Positions 26,111 to 38,677 of a stretch of DNA of 64,000 nucleotides are shown piece after piece. Within the stretch, counting starts at the first letter, position 1, and each line of letters starts with the position of its first letter. The stretch lies in the NCBI RefSeq assembly GCF_964204865.1, contig NC_135260.1:5704001-5768000 (forward strand), read 5' to 3'. The position numbers were made by a program, and so were the translations under genes. The notes beneath the pieces were generated by a model. The model saw only the letters and a list, made by a program, of their open reading frames with translations, searched no databases and had not been told where the DNA came from. This stretch comes from Styela clava (lineage: Eukaryota).

Positions 26111-26688
26111 AGAAAATAGATATGGATTCAATATTAAAAATGATGACCTGCCAAAGCAGCATATGGATTCTCCTTGGTAAAAACATTTTCCACATAGAAT
26201 ACTAATAGGATTTATTCATATTTATACTGGAAGAGAGCAAATCATCTTGTCATATGACAAATTATGGCCTCTATGCCAGTTCCATGTTGGATATGGGAAT
26301 AGTTAACTAGTTTATCTCCTACAAGATTAAAACTTATGAACCAGAGCAGGGTAATCAGAAGTATTATTATTATATATTACCAAATATTTAGTACCCAAAG
26401 CAGCACATATTACTGCAATTCTAGATGTAGTGCTCAAAAGTGGGCTTAACCTGTTCTGGTAGGACAACAAATATCTTGTACCAGTCCATGAAAAGCAATT
26501 GATTGAAGGTGAACGGTACAGATGCTATGAACACACAACTGCACCGATATAGTAAAACTAGCAGTCAAAATGAAGAAATCCGAAATGATCTTTATATATT
26601 AATTGTGAATATTGAAAATATTACACCAATCTACAGTAAGCATAAATTATACAGAATGAGAAATGAATACCTTGTATATTTTTTTCAG

Positions 26689-28160
26689 CTATTATGATCA
26701 ATGTGAATGAAGCATATCAATGCCCTAGTTGTCCCAAAATAACACTTGGAACAGAGAACAAGAATATCACATATGGACCAAGTAATGAGCGGGACTGCCA
26801 ATGTGATTGGACAATACCAACAAGTATGGCCACAGATCATGAAACTGCAGTTGTTCTGTTGTTACAAAATGTTTCATTGCCAATGACGGCTGGTAGTGGA
26901 AGTAGAGACTGCTCAGGAGAAATCAGATTTCCAGGTGAGTATTCAATACTCTTACAAAAGTAAAACTAGTTGTTAATGAAAATGAACTTTGTGCAGGTGC
27001 TAGTGGACACAGATGTGATTTTGCAAACTACCAGTGTATTGTTTATACAACTGAATCAACCATTTGCAACATCAACATAATCAGAGAGAAAATTCCAGTT
27101 GCAAATCACACCTGTAATTCAATCATTCCATGGAATAATGCTGGAGGAAGTCCATATAAGATACAATACTATTCCAGAGGCTATGTTGGTTACACAAAAT
27201 ACTTCACAATACAATATCTTGTGGTAGATTGCAGATCTCCAACAACCACTTTTAAACCATGTAAGTCATAAACAGCAAAAACATTCAGTTTAACAGTGAA
27301 ATATCCAACACTAAAAATGAATCTTTTTTTTTCAAAATACAGCAACAGGAAATGGATGGGAAACAACAACAAAGAATCCAATAGAAATTTCGACAACAGA
27401 AAAAACTGAACGGACTACAAAAAACAAAAGTAATAAAAGTTTATTTGTCGAAACAATAGCAATCATCCAATACACAATCATAGTCAAAATTATTATAAAT
27501 TTTAGTTACCGAAGCTGAGCAGCGAACAACACAATCTGATTCCGGCATAACTAATTCTCATTCCATATGTGATTTGGACAAAAACATCACCATCACCACG
27601 GGAATCAATGGAAGTTCTGATTCACTGATGATCGCAATTCCAGTTTCAGGAATAGTTGGTTTTATCTTTGGAGCTTTGTCAATGTCTTTCATACAAAGGT
27701 AAGAAGTAAAATAACAGTAGCAATATTTTCCCCTCGTTACTTTCAATTTGTATATTGCTTTTGAATATTGTTTTGAGAAATAGGCATAAGTCATTCCGGG
27801 TTTTGTTCGAATATGATTAAACAATATGCTATTAAATATTTTTAACCCAGGTATTGCAACAAGAACAAGAAGAAATTGAAGAACAAAGATTCAATGGAAA
27901 TGGGAAGCATTCAACATCCAGAGCCAACTGTCCATAAACGAACAACATATGAAAACTACACACCAACATCAGATGAAAGTGGATATGAAGTTCCGAATCA
28001 AGTTGATAACAAGAATGAACAAAGTGGATATGAAGTTCCGAATCAAGTTGATAATAAGAATGAACAAAGTGGATATGAAGTTCCGATTCAAGTTGATAAC
28101 AAAAATGAACAACAATACGAAGTTATGACAACTGGAAAAGAATATGAATATGAGAATTAA
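26689..28160 (+). CDS. Copy 5: CUB-like receptor with three tail repeats; family-type exon 1 not found
   Basis: Exons 26689-26934, 26997-27260, 27343-27429, 27506-27698, 27851-28160, all open in frame. Tail has 3x SGYEVP(N/I)QVDNKNEQ. No MWKHSK exon between 22636 and 26688. Confidence 0.8.
27978..28112 (+). repeat. Coding 45-bp tandem repeat (3 units) in the cytoplasmic exon of copy 5; also 3 units in copies 6 and 8, and 2 units in copies 7, 9, 10
   Basis: AGTGGATATGAAGTTCCGAATCAAGTTGATAACAAGAATGAACAA = SGYEVPNQVDNKNEQ. Confidence 0.9.
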
Positions 28161-29265
28161 CAGCTCGGACAGATCCTTTTCCCAGTCACAAAACTTTGCC
28201 ACAGAAATTTTGAAACATAAATTTTGGCAAAAATTTGAACTAAACTTTGATCAGCCCTACTGAATAATTTAGAAGTTGTTTACATCTGTAAAATATTCAT
28301 TTACAACATTTTACATATATTATACCAATTTACAATTATCTGTAATAACTACTTTGAAAAAACTGTACATGCACTGTTTTAACTGGGTGAAACTTTAGCT
28401 AAGCAGCCACTCAGCATATCATACCATGTGCATGAGTAGATTATCAATAGAACAATCGAGATCTCTTGCATGAGATGTCGAGACGACTATGCTTCTGAGG
28501 CATTAACAGTCTACTCACAATAAAAACTTAAATGTGAAATTACGAACAAACAATCAAAAACAACTGAATAATTAATTAATTAAGTAACTTCAAATAATTA
28601 CTGCTAAGTAGAAGTATATTTAAAACCCTTCCTTATTAAGGACCATTTGATAACCCACAAATGTCAGTATTTTTACAAGTTTCTTGATAGCGTTAAATTT
28701 GAAACTGATTCTAAATTCTAAGAATGACTTGCCTGATTTCTGATTTCTGTTTTGTTTCCTTTTTCAGTTTCCTCTTCTAACATTTATGTTGTCACACAGA
28801 TTCTGTAAAATGAATGAAATAAATTATACATATGTCTGATATAGTTGGGAAGTTTTTATAAGCAAAAGTCTGGTTAGTAAAGAAGATTTATTCAATGAAA
28901 AAGGCAGGTTATATTCCAAGAAATCTTTCACTCTTATGAAGACTTAACCAAAATAGTAGAAAAGAAAAGTAAATCACAATAAGGATTGTTTTTCTTCATT
29001 TAAGAAGTAAGAAGAGTTATCAGTGGCTGTAATCACAAATCATAATAAAACTCTGACTCTGATCAAAGCCTTATTTACTGAACTATATGACTGCTGGAAT
29101 AAAAAAAAACATAATTTTTCCAGTTTCCAACTTTACCAACTCCTTATTGTCAGTTAAAGGCGAAAAAAAAGAATTTGATCTCAAAGGCTAAATAATCTAC
29201 CATTTATGGTGACTCAAGATATAGTTCCAACTTGAAATAAAGAAACACGTGAATTCATTGCTTAA

Positions 29266-29920
29266 CCCTTTCCATGCGAATTTTATTTTTTATTAAATAA
29301 TCGTATTTGCTACCCCGATTTTATGCATTTGTACCCCCACAACTAATCGATCGATTAACGAAAAACTAATGATGCTCTGCTGCCCACTGACGGCTCAATG
29401 GAAAGCTTATTTAAAGAGCTTGCAATTGGCGATTAAAAAAAAATGTTTTTTTAAAATGGTGGTCTGAGTCACAAACCGGATAGAAAAATGGCATTTTTTT
29501 TTCTTGGGAGTTGAAACTTCAAACCGTGATAAAAATAGAAATATTCGCTAAATCCTTTACTGTTACCACTTCGTGGTTGGCAAACAATAGCATAATATTG
29601 CTGTAGCAATTTCGTGATCTAACTCAAAATACTTTGGTAGATAGAAGGGATAATATGTCTTCTATTACCACCCAAAAAACACCGAAATTTGCATAAATTA
29701 AAAAACACTCCCTCGTTCCGCCGCAAATAAAATTCCCGTCATAAACGAAAGCGAGATTTACCGTCGCTTATGTTAATCTCGAAGAAGATAAAACCCGGAA
29801 AAACTAGACCAACAGTTTGCGACCAATTGCTAAATAAAACAGTGGAGTACATCAACGTACCCGCCGCAACCTAGCGACTTTTGTCGTTGGTATGTATACG
29901 TGCCCACCGCACAGAAAGGG
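29266..29920. mobile_element. piggyBac-type MITE (inverted relative to 10161-10833)
   Basis: TTAA TSDs; TIRs CCCTTTCCATGCG...CGCACAGAAAGGG; empty site CATTGCTTAATCAA in paralogous spacers near 43103 and 61681. Confidence 0.9.
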
Positions 29921-30652
29921 TTAATCAAGCTACATTACTATAATTTAAACTAATAAACTGATAAGCGAAAAAAAAAAATTGTCAGTATTACTAAAAAAAC
30001 ACTTTGCATGTACAAACATCTTGCAATGTACGAATATCTGAAGATGGCATATTTTCTGATTGTCGGTTGACATTCTGACACTTTCTTCACTTATGAGTGA
30101 TAATTCAACTTCCTGAATACCAGAATTATACAATTATACAATAAACACATTTGAATCAATTTCCAGGATTTATAAGATTAGAAATTATTATTACAGTAGG
30201 TTTGACCTATCTTTGACAATTTTTTCTTTCAAAATGACCTACGAAAGCATTTACTCATTTCAGAACAGGAACCAGTCCTATAGTTGAGAAATGGGTACCC
30301 TTGTAGTATATGTACCAGGTTAGGATTAGGCCATAATTTTATTCCGATTTTCCTTATTTTAGTTTCATTACAATTCAGGGAATTGTCTGTGTTAGCCAAG
30401 TGAATATAGCCCCTGCCCATAGGTTTCAGTTCCTTTATAATAACAAAAAAAATTTGATCTCAAAAGTTAGGTAACCTACCATTTATGGTGACTGTGGATA
30501 TTGCCCCATACCAAAAACAAAGACCCACTTTTAAAAAATATTAAATAATTGTAGACATGTTGAAAGATAGAGAATGGCAATTAACAACAGTTAATCATTT
30601 AAACGATAATTAATTGAGGCCAACTGTGTAGAAGGGTAACTTTCATATAGCC

Positions 30653-31746
30653 CAGCGGTTCCAAACTTTTCTACCCTGGCGGACCGGTAAAATTAAATTG
30701 AATGTACTCTAGGACCGGCGAAAAAATAGAAATGATTGGAACAGAAAAGAATAACATATATTTGCGTAACATAATGCAATGTTGTCACTCAATATACTTC
30801 TAGACAAAAAAGGCGCACTTAAAAACATTACACACAAAGCAAAACTACTAAATAATGTGCTAACCAAAACTTGAAATGGGTGAAACATAAAAAAATACCA
30901 TATATTTGCGTAATGAAATGTAATGATATGCATCCATTATGCGTAATAAAGGCACACATTAAAACATCTCACATAAAAACATGTACATGCCAAATCATTA
31001 ACAAACATAATTAACTTTAGTGGGAATTTTGTTGCTGTTTCGTTTCCAATATAGGATTGTAAACAAGGTTTCAAAAATGTTTCTGCAACAGATAGCTCTG
31101 CAGCGGTGTGCAGTCAATTTCCTTGCTAGTTTTAATTGAAGCTAGTGATGAAAATATTTTATCGCATAACACATAAGTAACTGGTTGAAAATACGAACAA
31201 CAGTTTGATTGCTCGATTACTTAGCGATGGGTATTCGTTATCAGAGCTATCCAAAATTGTGACAGTGATTCTTTTTTAAATCTGGACACAGTTTTAATCA
31301 AGCTTTTTCTTTTGCTTCTGATTTATCATATTACCTCTTCTGCAGATGATCGCTTCAAACAAAATGAATTTACTTACATTACAAATTACAATGACAAAGT
31401 CGTCGGTAATTTGTGACCAGGCTCATAATCCTACTGTGTCTGACCAAAATACTGGAAAAGATCTCAGCGGCCCATGCTTCTTTGCGCGTCTCATGACCCC
31501 CTGCAGGGTCGCAACAAGTTCATATCTTACTTACTGGAATATTATACTAATCTAGACTGTTTTCTGGTTTAAACAAAGAAATAGCCTATGCAAAATATGC
31601 ATACCGTTTTATATGGATGGTCATATTTGCGAGATTTGATGAAGCGCACTCGGGAGGAATCAGAGCCAAAAAAACGAAAAGTGTGATTACTCGGCACCAA
31701 GATGCCGCGAAAGACGTCGCAATATGACAGGGGTTGGGAACCACTG
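30653..31746 (-). mobile_element. Deleted hAT (Buster/Charlie-like) transposon with decayed transposase C-terminus
   Basis: TIRs CAGCGGTTCCAAAC...GTTGGGAACCACTG; TSD ATATAGCC/ATATAGAC. Minus strand ~31017-31280 reads, with frameshifts, SLSQFWI...EYPSLSNRAIKLLFVFSTSYLC...FSSLASIKT...KQQQNSH*, which is the hAT dimerisation-domain signature. Confidence 0.87.
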
Positions 31747-33056
31747 ATATAGACAACACAGTGAACCACCGTGCTACATCGACTTATGATTTGTGCTCGG
31801 ATTATCTGAGAATTGATTTTTTAAATTTATTATTCAACTAGATTTTAAATTCAAACTATTCATTTATAAATAATTTTAATTGATATTAACTAACACATTT
31901 TTTATAAGGTGCGAGCTACATTAATTTCCCAAATTAAAATTCAAATTATTGTGCACTCTTGACTAGTTTGGCTGATCTAACAAACAGATTTTGAATAAAG
32001 CTCAACAAGAAATATTTTTGAAATGTTTGATCCTTGTCGCAAACTTTTATATGTTTCCCAGGCATTGCATTGCTGAATTGTAAAAATCTAACCAAACAAA
32101 ATTGATATATGCAAGTAGCAGTCCCATTCAACAAGTAAATGACATACAACTGACATTTGTTTTCACTTACCCCATTCACAACAAACTTAACATTAAATAA
32201 CAGCCATTGTTATGAGATAAATCCATGCGCAGATTAATAATAAATTTATGAGCAATTTTTGTTTTTATGTGATAAAAGTTAGGTTATTGAAAGAGGGCCA
32301 CAGTTTGCCGACAAGGGCCACAGTTTGGTGACCACTGATATTATACACCAACTTGTAAGCTTTAGTGTATTCACATGGAGTGAAATTCATACAATTAGAA
32401 TAAGTGGCATGGTTGCAGAGGATACAAAAGCAGGGCAAGATTCGAATTATCCATTAATGGATTGTCAATATCTAGTAAAACTCTCATCAAACAGTCCCCA
32501 ATAGTATGGAAAAATCTTATTCAAATTTTTTGTAAGTTTACTATCTCAATAATTTCTTGCAGCCTAGCTTAAAAAATGATTTCTCCATTTCTGAACAGCA
32601 CCAATGACCTTGCTAACTTTTTACTCTTCAATCAATAGCAAAAACAGTTTAAAATCTAGCTGGTTGCCCTATGAATCAAATGTCAGCTTTATTACTTACA
32701 AGGAAATTATTAGACTCCTACAAGATGTCAAGATAATATGTGAAACAAGCAGAAAATCATCAATCTACTGTAATGATATTTCGCCCACATTTTGGATCTA
32801 GTATTAAATATGTCAGTAATCAATTCGTAGTAGCAACCAGAGAAGTGTTTCATGAAAGGCACTGATTCACATTAACAAGGTGAGAATATAAAATCTGAAT
32901 ATAAATCAGAAGCTTGTTACATCAAGTGTTGAGACAGGTCTTGTATTCTGCCAGTTAGATTTTGTCTTTATCTATGTCAGTACTGTGTAATGGATTAACT
33001 GATTGAAGAAACAAAGCAAAGAGAAGTTCAAAGAAGTTGCTGAAAATAAACTCAAC

Positions 33057-36002
33057 ATGTGGAAACATTCAAAACTCTTGAATTGCAAATGGTTGTTTAT
33101 CCAGATGATTGGTGAGATCGTACTTACGGTACATATACAAACCATTCAAAGATGGGAAGAGATAACAATATTTAAACATGTGTTATTTGAAGCATTTTCA
33201 AATCAATTACAATTTCATTGATTTTAAGTTGTACTATTGATTACTGTTAAAGTGATCAAATTCGTTAATATGAGTCCTTAATATAGCTAAATAAAAATTT
33301 GCCCAATAAATTCTCATCAGTTTCACGTCCAGTTTGAACGAAAAATTTTCAAAATGATACAATTTTGCGCAACGTGTGTAAGCCTGTCACCAATGCTAAG
33401 ATGATCAATTGGAACATCTTCTAGTGAGAACATAAATTTTGTGCAAAACGGCCTAGTTTTCGGAAACTTTTGTGTACAATTGTGCATAAACACAAGTTCA
33501 AGTGTTAAAAAATCAAATATTGATTCCATTCTCATAGGAGTAATTAAGAAATACATATAATATTTTTTGAGTAACCTTGCATAAATTATTTTTATAGCTC
33601 TTAACATCAGCATGAGTGAAGCCGCACAATGCACAGATTGTAAAAACCTAATACTTGGAACAGGGAGCAAGAATATCACATATGGACCAAGTAATGAAGA
33701 CAACTGCAACTGTTATTGGACAATACCAACAAGTATGGACACAGATCATGAAACTGCAGTTGTTCTGCTGTTACAAAATGTTTCACTGCCAATGACAACT
33801 GGTAGTGGAAGTACAGACTGCTCTGGAGAAATCAGATTCCCAAGTAAGTGCAATACTTGAATACGATCACAATTATTGGTCTACAAGCAAGACCGCAGGC
33901 CGTGGCAAGCATTTTCAAAAATCATAAATATCCATGTAAAGCCGACAAAAAACAATCGGCAGTTTTAACAAAAGTATGCATGTAAATTTATACACAAAAA
34001 CAGCTGGTACTCTTCCGGTAATCCAGAATTTTTGTATAAGGGGTTGAACCTGAAAACCCCTCTCTGAATGCGCCAATGTCTACAAATATTAGTTTTCCTG
34101 GTTCGACTGTAATTTATTCAAGAATACTAATGTGCTCTTTACAGGCACTTATGGATACAAATGTGAATTTTCAAGCAATTACTGCCTTGCATTCGCAACT
34201 GAATCAACCATTTGCAACATCAACCAAATCAGAGAGAAAATTTCAGTTGTAACTCACATCTGTGATTCAATCATTCCGTGGAATAAAGCTGGAGGAAGCC
34301 CATACAGGCCCATCTGTAATACAATACTATGCAAAAAACCCTGCTGGTTACACAAAATACTTCGCAATACAATATCTTGTGATAGATTGCAGACCAACAA
34401 CCACACCTGCACTCAGTGAGTAATTTCATTTTTTATGTAATGCTTAATCATGTCTTATGCTCAACGAGTCACAGATATACCAATCTATAAAGAACCATAT
34501 TTATCACACCTGGGTGAGGTGGTGGGATGGGGTGAAGCTGAGATGTGAAACGTACAACAGGAGTGGGCAAGGTTTTGGACTAGAGGCTAGAAAGTTTGCC
34601 CACCTAGAATGACGGGCCATGTAAGTATAACGTAAAAAGTTAATATTTTATGAACGATACTTAGTGTTACAAAAGCAAAAGTGGAAAACAATAAGCCTCG
34701 TGCCAAAACTAAATTCCATCGCAATCTCAACAAATTCTTTGAACTATTTTTTAGCTAAAATATCAAAAATTTAAAAATTCAGTTTCAGTTTGGTTATGGC
34801 AGCATCAGGTGGAACAAATTAAATTAACAAATGAGCCGAATTTGGCCCGCGGGCTGTAGTTTGCCCATGTCAGTCCTACAATGTCAACACAGTTTAAGTG
34901 TAACACCTTAACCACTAGGGCCAGGCGACCATGTCCATATTGCTCTTGTTGAACGATATATCTCAATTTCAGGATGTGAAAATCAAACTTTTATTACAAA
35001 ATTTTAGCAACGGTAACTGAGCAAGCAACAACAACAGCAACTCATCAAAAAGATAAATCATCTAATAAAATATACTTTGACTCAACCACTGAATCAACCA
35101 GAACATCTGGCAACGTTCAATGTTCAACTGAAAACACAGAATGCAGCAGTTCCCAAACATCACTGATCATTGCTATCCCAGTATCAGGATTCATGGGTTT
35201 GATCATTGGAGCTTTGTTAATGTTCATAATACCAAGGTAAGCATAGATATTGTATAATAAATGAATGTCAATGAAAATGCATAAATTACCAAATGGGCAA
35301 TCTATCAAGTACAAAAAAAATGTGTGCCACTCTCCACCTGAGAGTGATACCTGCTTCAAGGATGACAAAATTCAAATACAAGTTTGAAAAAATAAAAACC
35401 AATCTCAGCCAATTTTGTGTAACAAATTATTTTGTTAAAAATGTTGCCATTTGCAAAATCCAAGTTTCATGGCAAACTTTTGGATACATTTATTGACTCT
35501 GATGACAAAAAAATTTATATTAACTACAGTTTCGGATCCAATTCCAACTAAATATGCCAAACTTGACTGTTTATCGTAGATTCAGTGAAGTCAGAAGCAG
35601 ATATTAAAACAGCAAATGATTACCGGTAGTCTCAATTACAGTCAATACATATAGTAATCATTAACTTTGATTATATTTCTATCAAACACCAGGTATTGCA
35701 ATAACAACAAGAAGAAACCAAAGAACAAAGATTCAATGGAAATAGGAAGCATTCAACATCAGCAGCCAACTGTCCATGAGCAAACAACATATGAAAACTA
35801 CATACCAACATCGGATGAAAGTGGATATGAATATCTGAATCAAGTCGATAAAAAGAATAAACAAAGTGGATATGAATATTTCAATCAAGTCGATGAAAAG
35901 AATGAACAAAGTGGATATGAAGTTCCGAAACCAGTTGATAACAAGAATGAACAACAATATGAGATTATAACAACTGGAAAGGAATATCAATATGACAATT
36001 GA
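33057..36002 (+). pseudogene. Copy 6: frameshifted CUB-like receptor (10-bp insertion in exon 3)
   Basis: Exons 33057-33111, 33598-33843, 34145-34415, 35008-35236, 35693-36002 (1111 nt, not a multiple of 3). Extra CCCATCTGTA at 34309-34318 relative to the paralogs; the shifted frame stops at TGA 35018-35020, before the TM. Confidence 0.82.
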
Positions 36003-38677
36003 AAGCTTGGACATATCTTTTTTGAAAGTCACAAACTATGCCACAGAAATCTTGTAACATGAATTTAGGCAAAAACATGAACTAAAATTTGATCAGCTCT
36101 CCGAAACAATTTAGAAGTTGTTCGTATCTGTGATATATTCTTCAACAACGTTTTACATATTAAATTATATCAATTTACAATTATCTATAAGTAATACATT
36201 CGATTCGAAGAACTTTTCCATGGAGTGCTTAATCTGGGGAAAATTATCAATGCAGCCCCTCAGCTTATTCTACTAATATAGCTAATCTGTGAGTGAGTGT
36301 GTGGACCAATCAAGATCTTTGCATGATAGTGTCTAGATCAGTGGTTTTCAAACTTATATGTACTGTAGCCCCTCTTACAGCACTCTATATATCACATCGG
36401 CAAATAAAGAAGAAGACAAATTAATAACACATGGATTACAAACCCAATTACAAAAATTGTAATAATAGAACATGGTATTTGTGAGCCAAATTAGCTTGGG
36501 ATCTTCAGCAGATTTATTCAATGTCCAGAGATAATTTGGTCAGGTACAGCCTTAGATGGGCAATTTGATTATGTCAAAGCTAAAAAAAACATGGTTCTAC
36601 TACTTCGTAAATAAGTAGGTATTTGAGATAATTTGCGACAAAATAATTCGAACTCATTTTTGCAGAAATTCATTTTGGTTTGTGATAATTTTGACCATCT
36701 CAAGAAAGTATTACCCCCAATCCTACCTCCAATGTGACTCCTTCAACCCTAAGACGATGCTACTGGCTTCTTATTATAACAAAATCCAGTTTACACAACT
36801 GGTGACTGACAAATGTCAGTATTTTTACATGCTTCTTAATCACAATGAATTTGAAATGCTTCTATAATAAGTATTCTTGCCTGTTTTCAGATTTCTTTTT
36901 TGTTTCTTTTTCGATTTTTCAACTTGCCCTTGTAACAATAATGTTGTCAAACAGATTCTGTAAAATGAATGAAATAAATTATACAAATGTCTGATATAGT
37001 TTGACAGTTTTTATGAACAAAAGTCTGGTTAGTAAAGAAGATTTATTCAATGGAAAGACAGGTTATATTCCAAGAAATCTTTCACTCTTATAAAGACTTA
37101 TCCAAAATAGTAGGAAAGAAAAGTAAATCACAATAATGATTAGTTTTCTTCATTTAGGAAGTACGAAAAGTTATCAATGTTGCAATCACAAATCATAATA
37201 AAACTCTGCGACTCTGATCAAAGTCTCATCTACTGAAACAAACAAAACTGCTGAAATGAAAAAACAGAATTTTTCCAGTTTCCAACTTTACCAACTCCTG
37301 ATTGTCAGTTGACGGCAATTAAAAATGAATTTGATCTTAAAAGCTGGATAATCTACAATTTATGGTGACTCTAGATATAGCTTAAGATATAGCTTGATAA
37401 AGGAATACCGGTACATGAATTCATTGCCTAATCAAGCTACATTACTATAATTTAAACTAATAAACTGATAAGCGAAAAATAATTGTCAGTATTACTGAAA
37501 AAAAACTTTATCTTGCAATGTTCGAATATCTGAAGATGACATACTTCCTGACTGTCGTTTGACATTCGGACGCTTTCTTCACATATGAGTGATAAATCAA
37601 CTTCCTATATACCAGAAACACCGATGCTCATAGTATGTTAAACAATAAATAACTATAATCAGCAGTATTTGTTGAACAATCATCCCTGAGCATTGCTAAT
37701 AATTTAAGTATTCATTAGTGCTATTATTAGTCATAGAGGGAAACTAATTCAATTTCGTGTGCAGCAAGACTCTTGAATTGAATAGACCAGAATTATAAGT
37801 TTGGATATTATTAGTAGATTGAAATAAAAGAACAGCCCTTTACAAAATGTAGCAATAATATTGAAATGAAAATTTCAAGTTTCGTTTGACTAGAAATCAT
37901 CCACCAGAGGGTTTCCAGCAATCAGGCTAACAAAGAAATCTCACTTAAACTTTCTAGTAGGTTTGACATCTCAAATGTTTTCTTCCAAAATGGCCTACGA
38001 GAGTATTTTCTCATTTCAGATCAGGACCCAGTTTTATAGTTGAGTATTTTCCTTATTTTAGTTCTATTACGAGTTTGGGGACTGTCTGTGTTAGCCAAGT
38101 GAATATCCCCCCTGTTCATAGGTTCCAGTCCCTTCACATAACTTGATGTAAAGTAGGCGAACAAAATTAGTTACCTCCATATTGGTACACACACTTCTGG
38201 AGCGCCGAGTAATCTATAGATATATCAATGAGAAAATATATTAGCAATTCCAAATAATATCCATCAACCACTAGCAACTGAACTGTTTAAGGAATGTTTG
38301 ACCTATGATCAAAATTAACAAATTACACTCTTATACAAATGTCAAACATTACAAAATGCCAAGATAAAACATGGCACAAGAAGATCATCGCTATGTTGTA
38401 ATGATATTTCGCCCACATTCTTTATCATAATATTAATATAAGTCAGTAATCATTACGTAGTAGCAACATAAAGCGGGTGTTTAACAGTCACTGGTTCACA
38501 TTAACAAGGAAAGATTCTGAATATAAATCAGATGGTTGTTACATTAAGTGTTGGTGCAGGTCTTGTATTTTGTCAGTTGGATTTTGTCTTTATCTATGTT
38601 AGTACTGTGTAATGAATTGAGTGATTAAAGATAAAAGTAAAGAGAAGTTTAAAGAAGTTGCTGAAGATAAACTCAAT

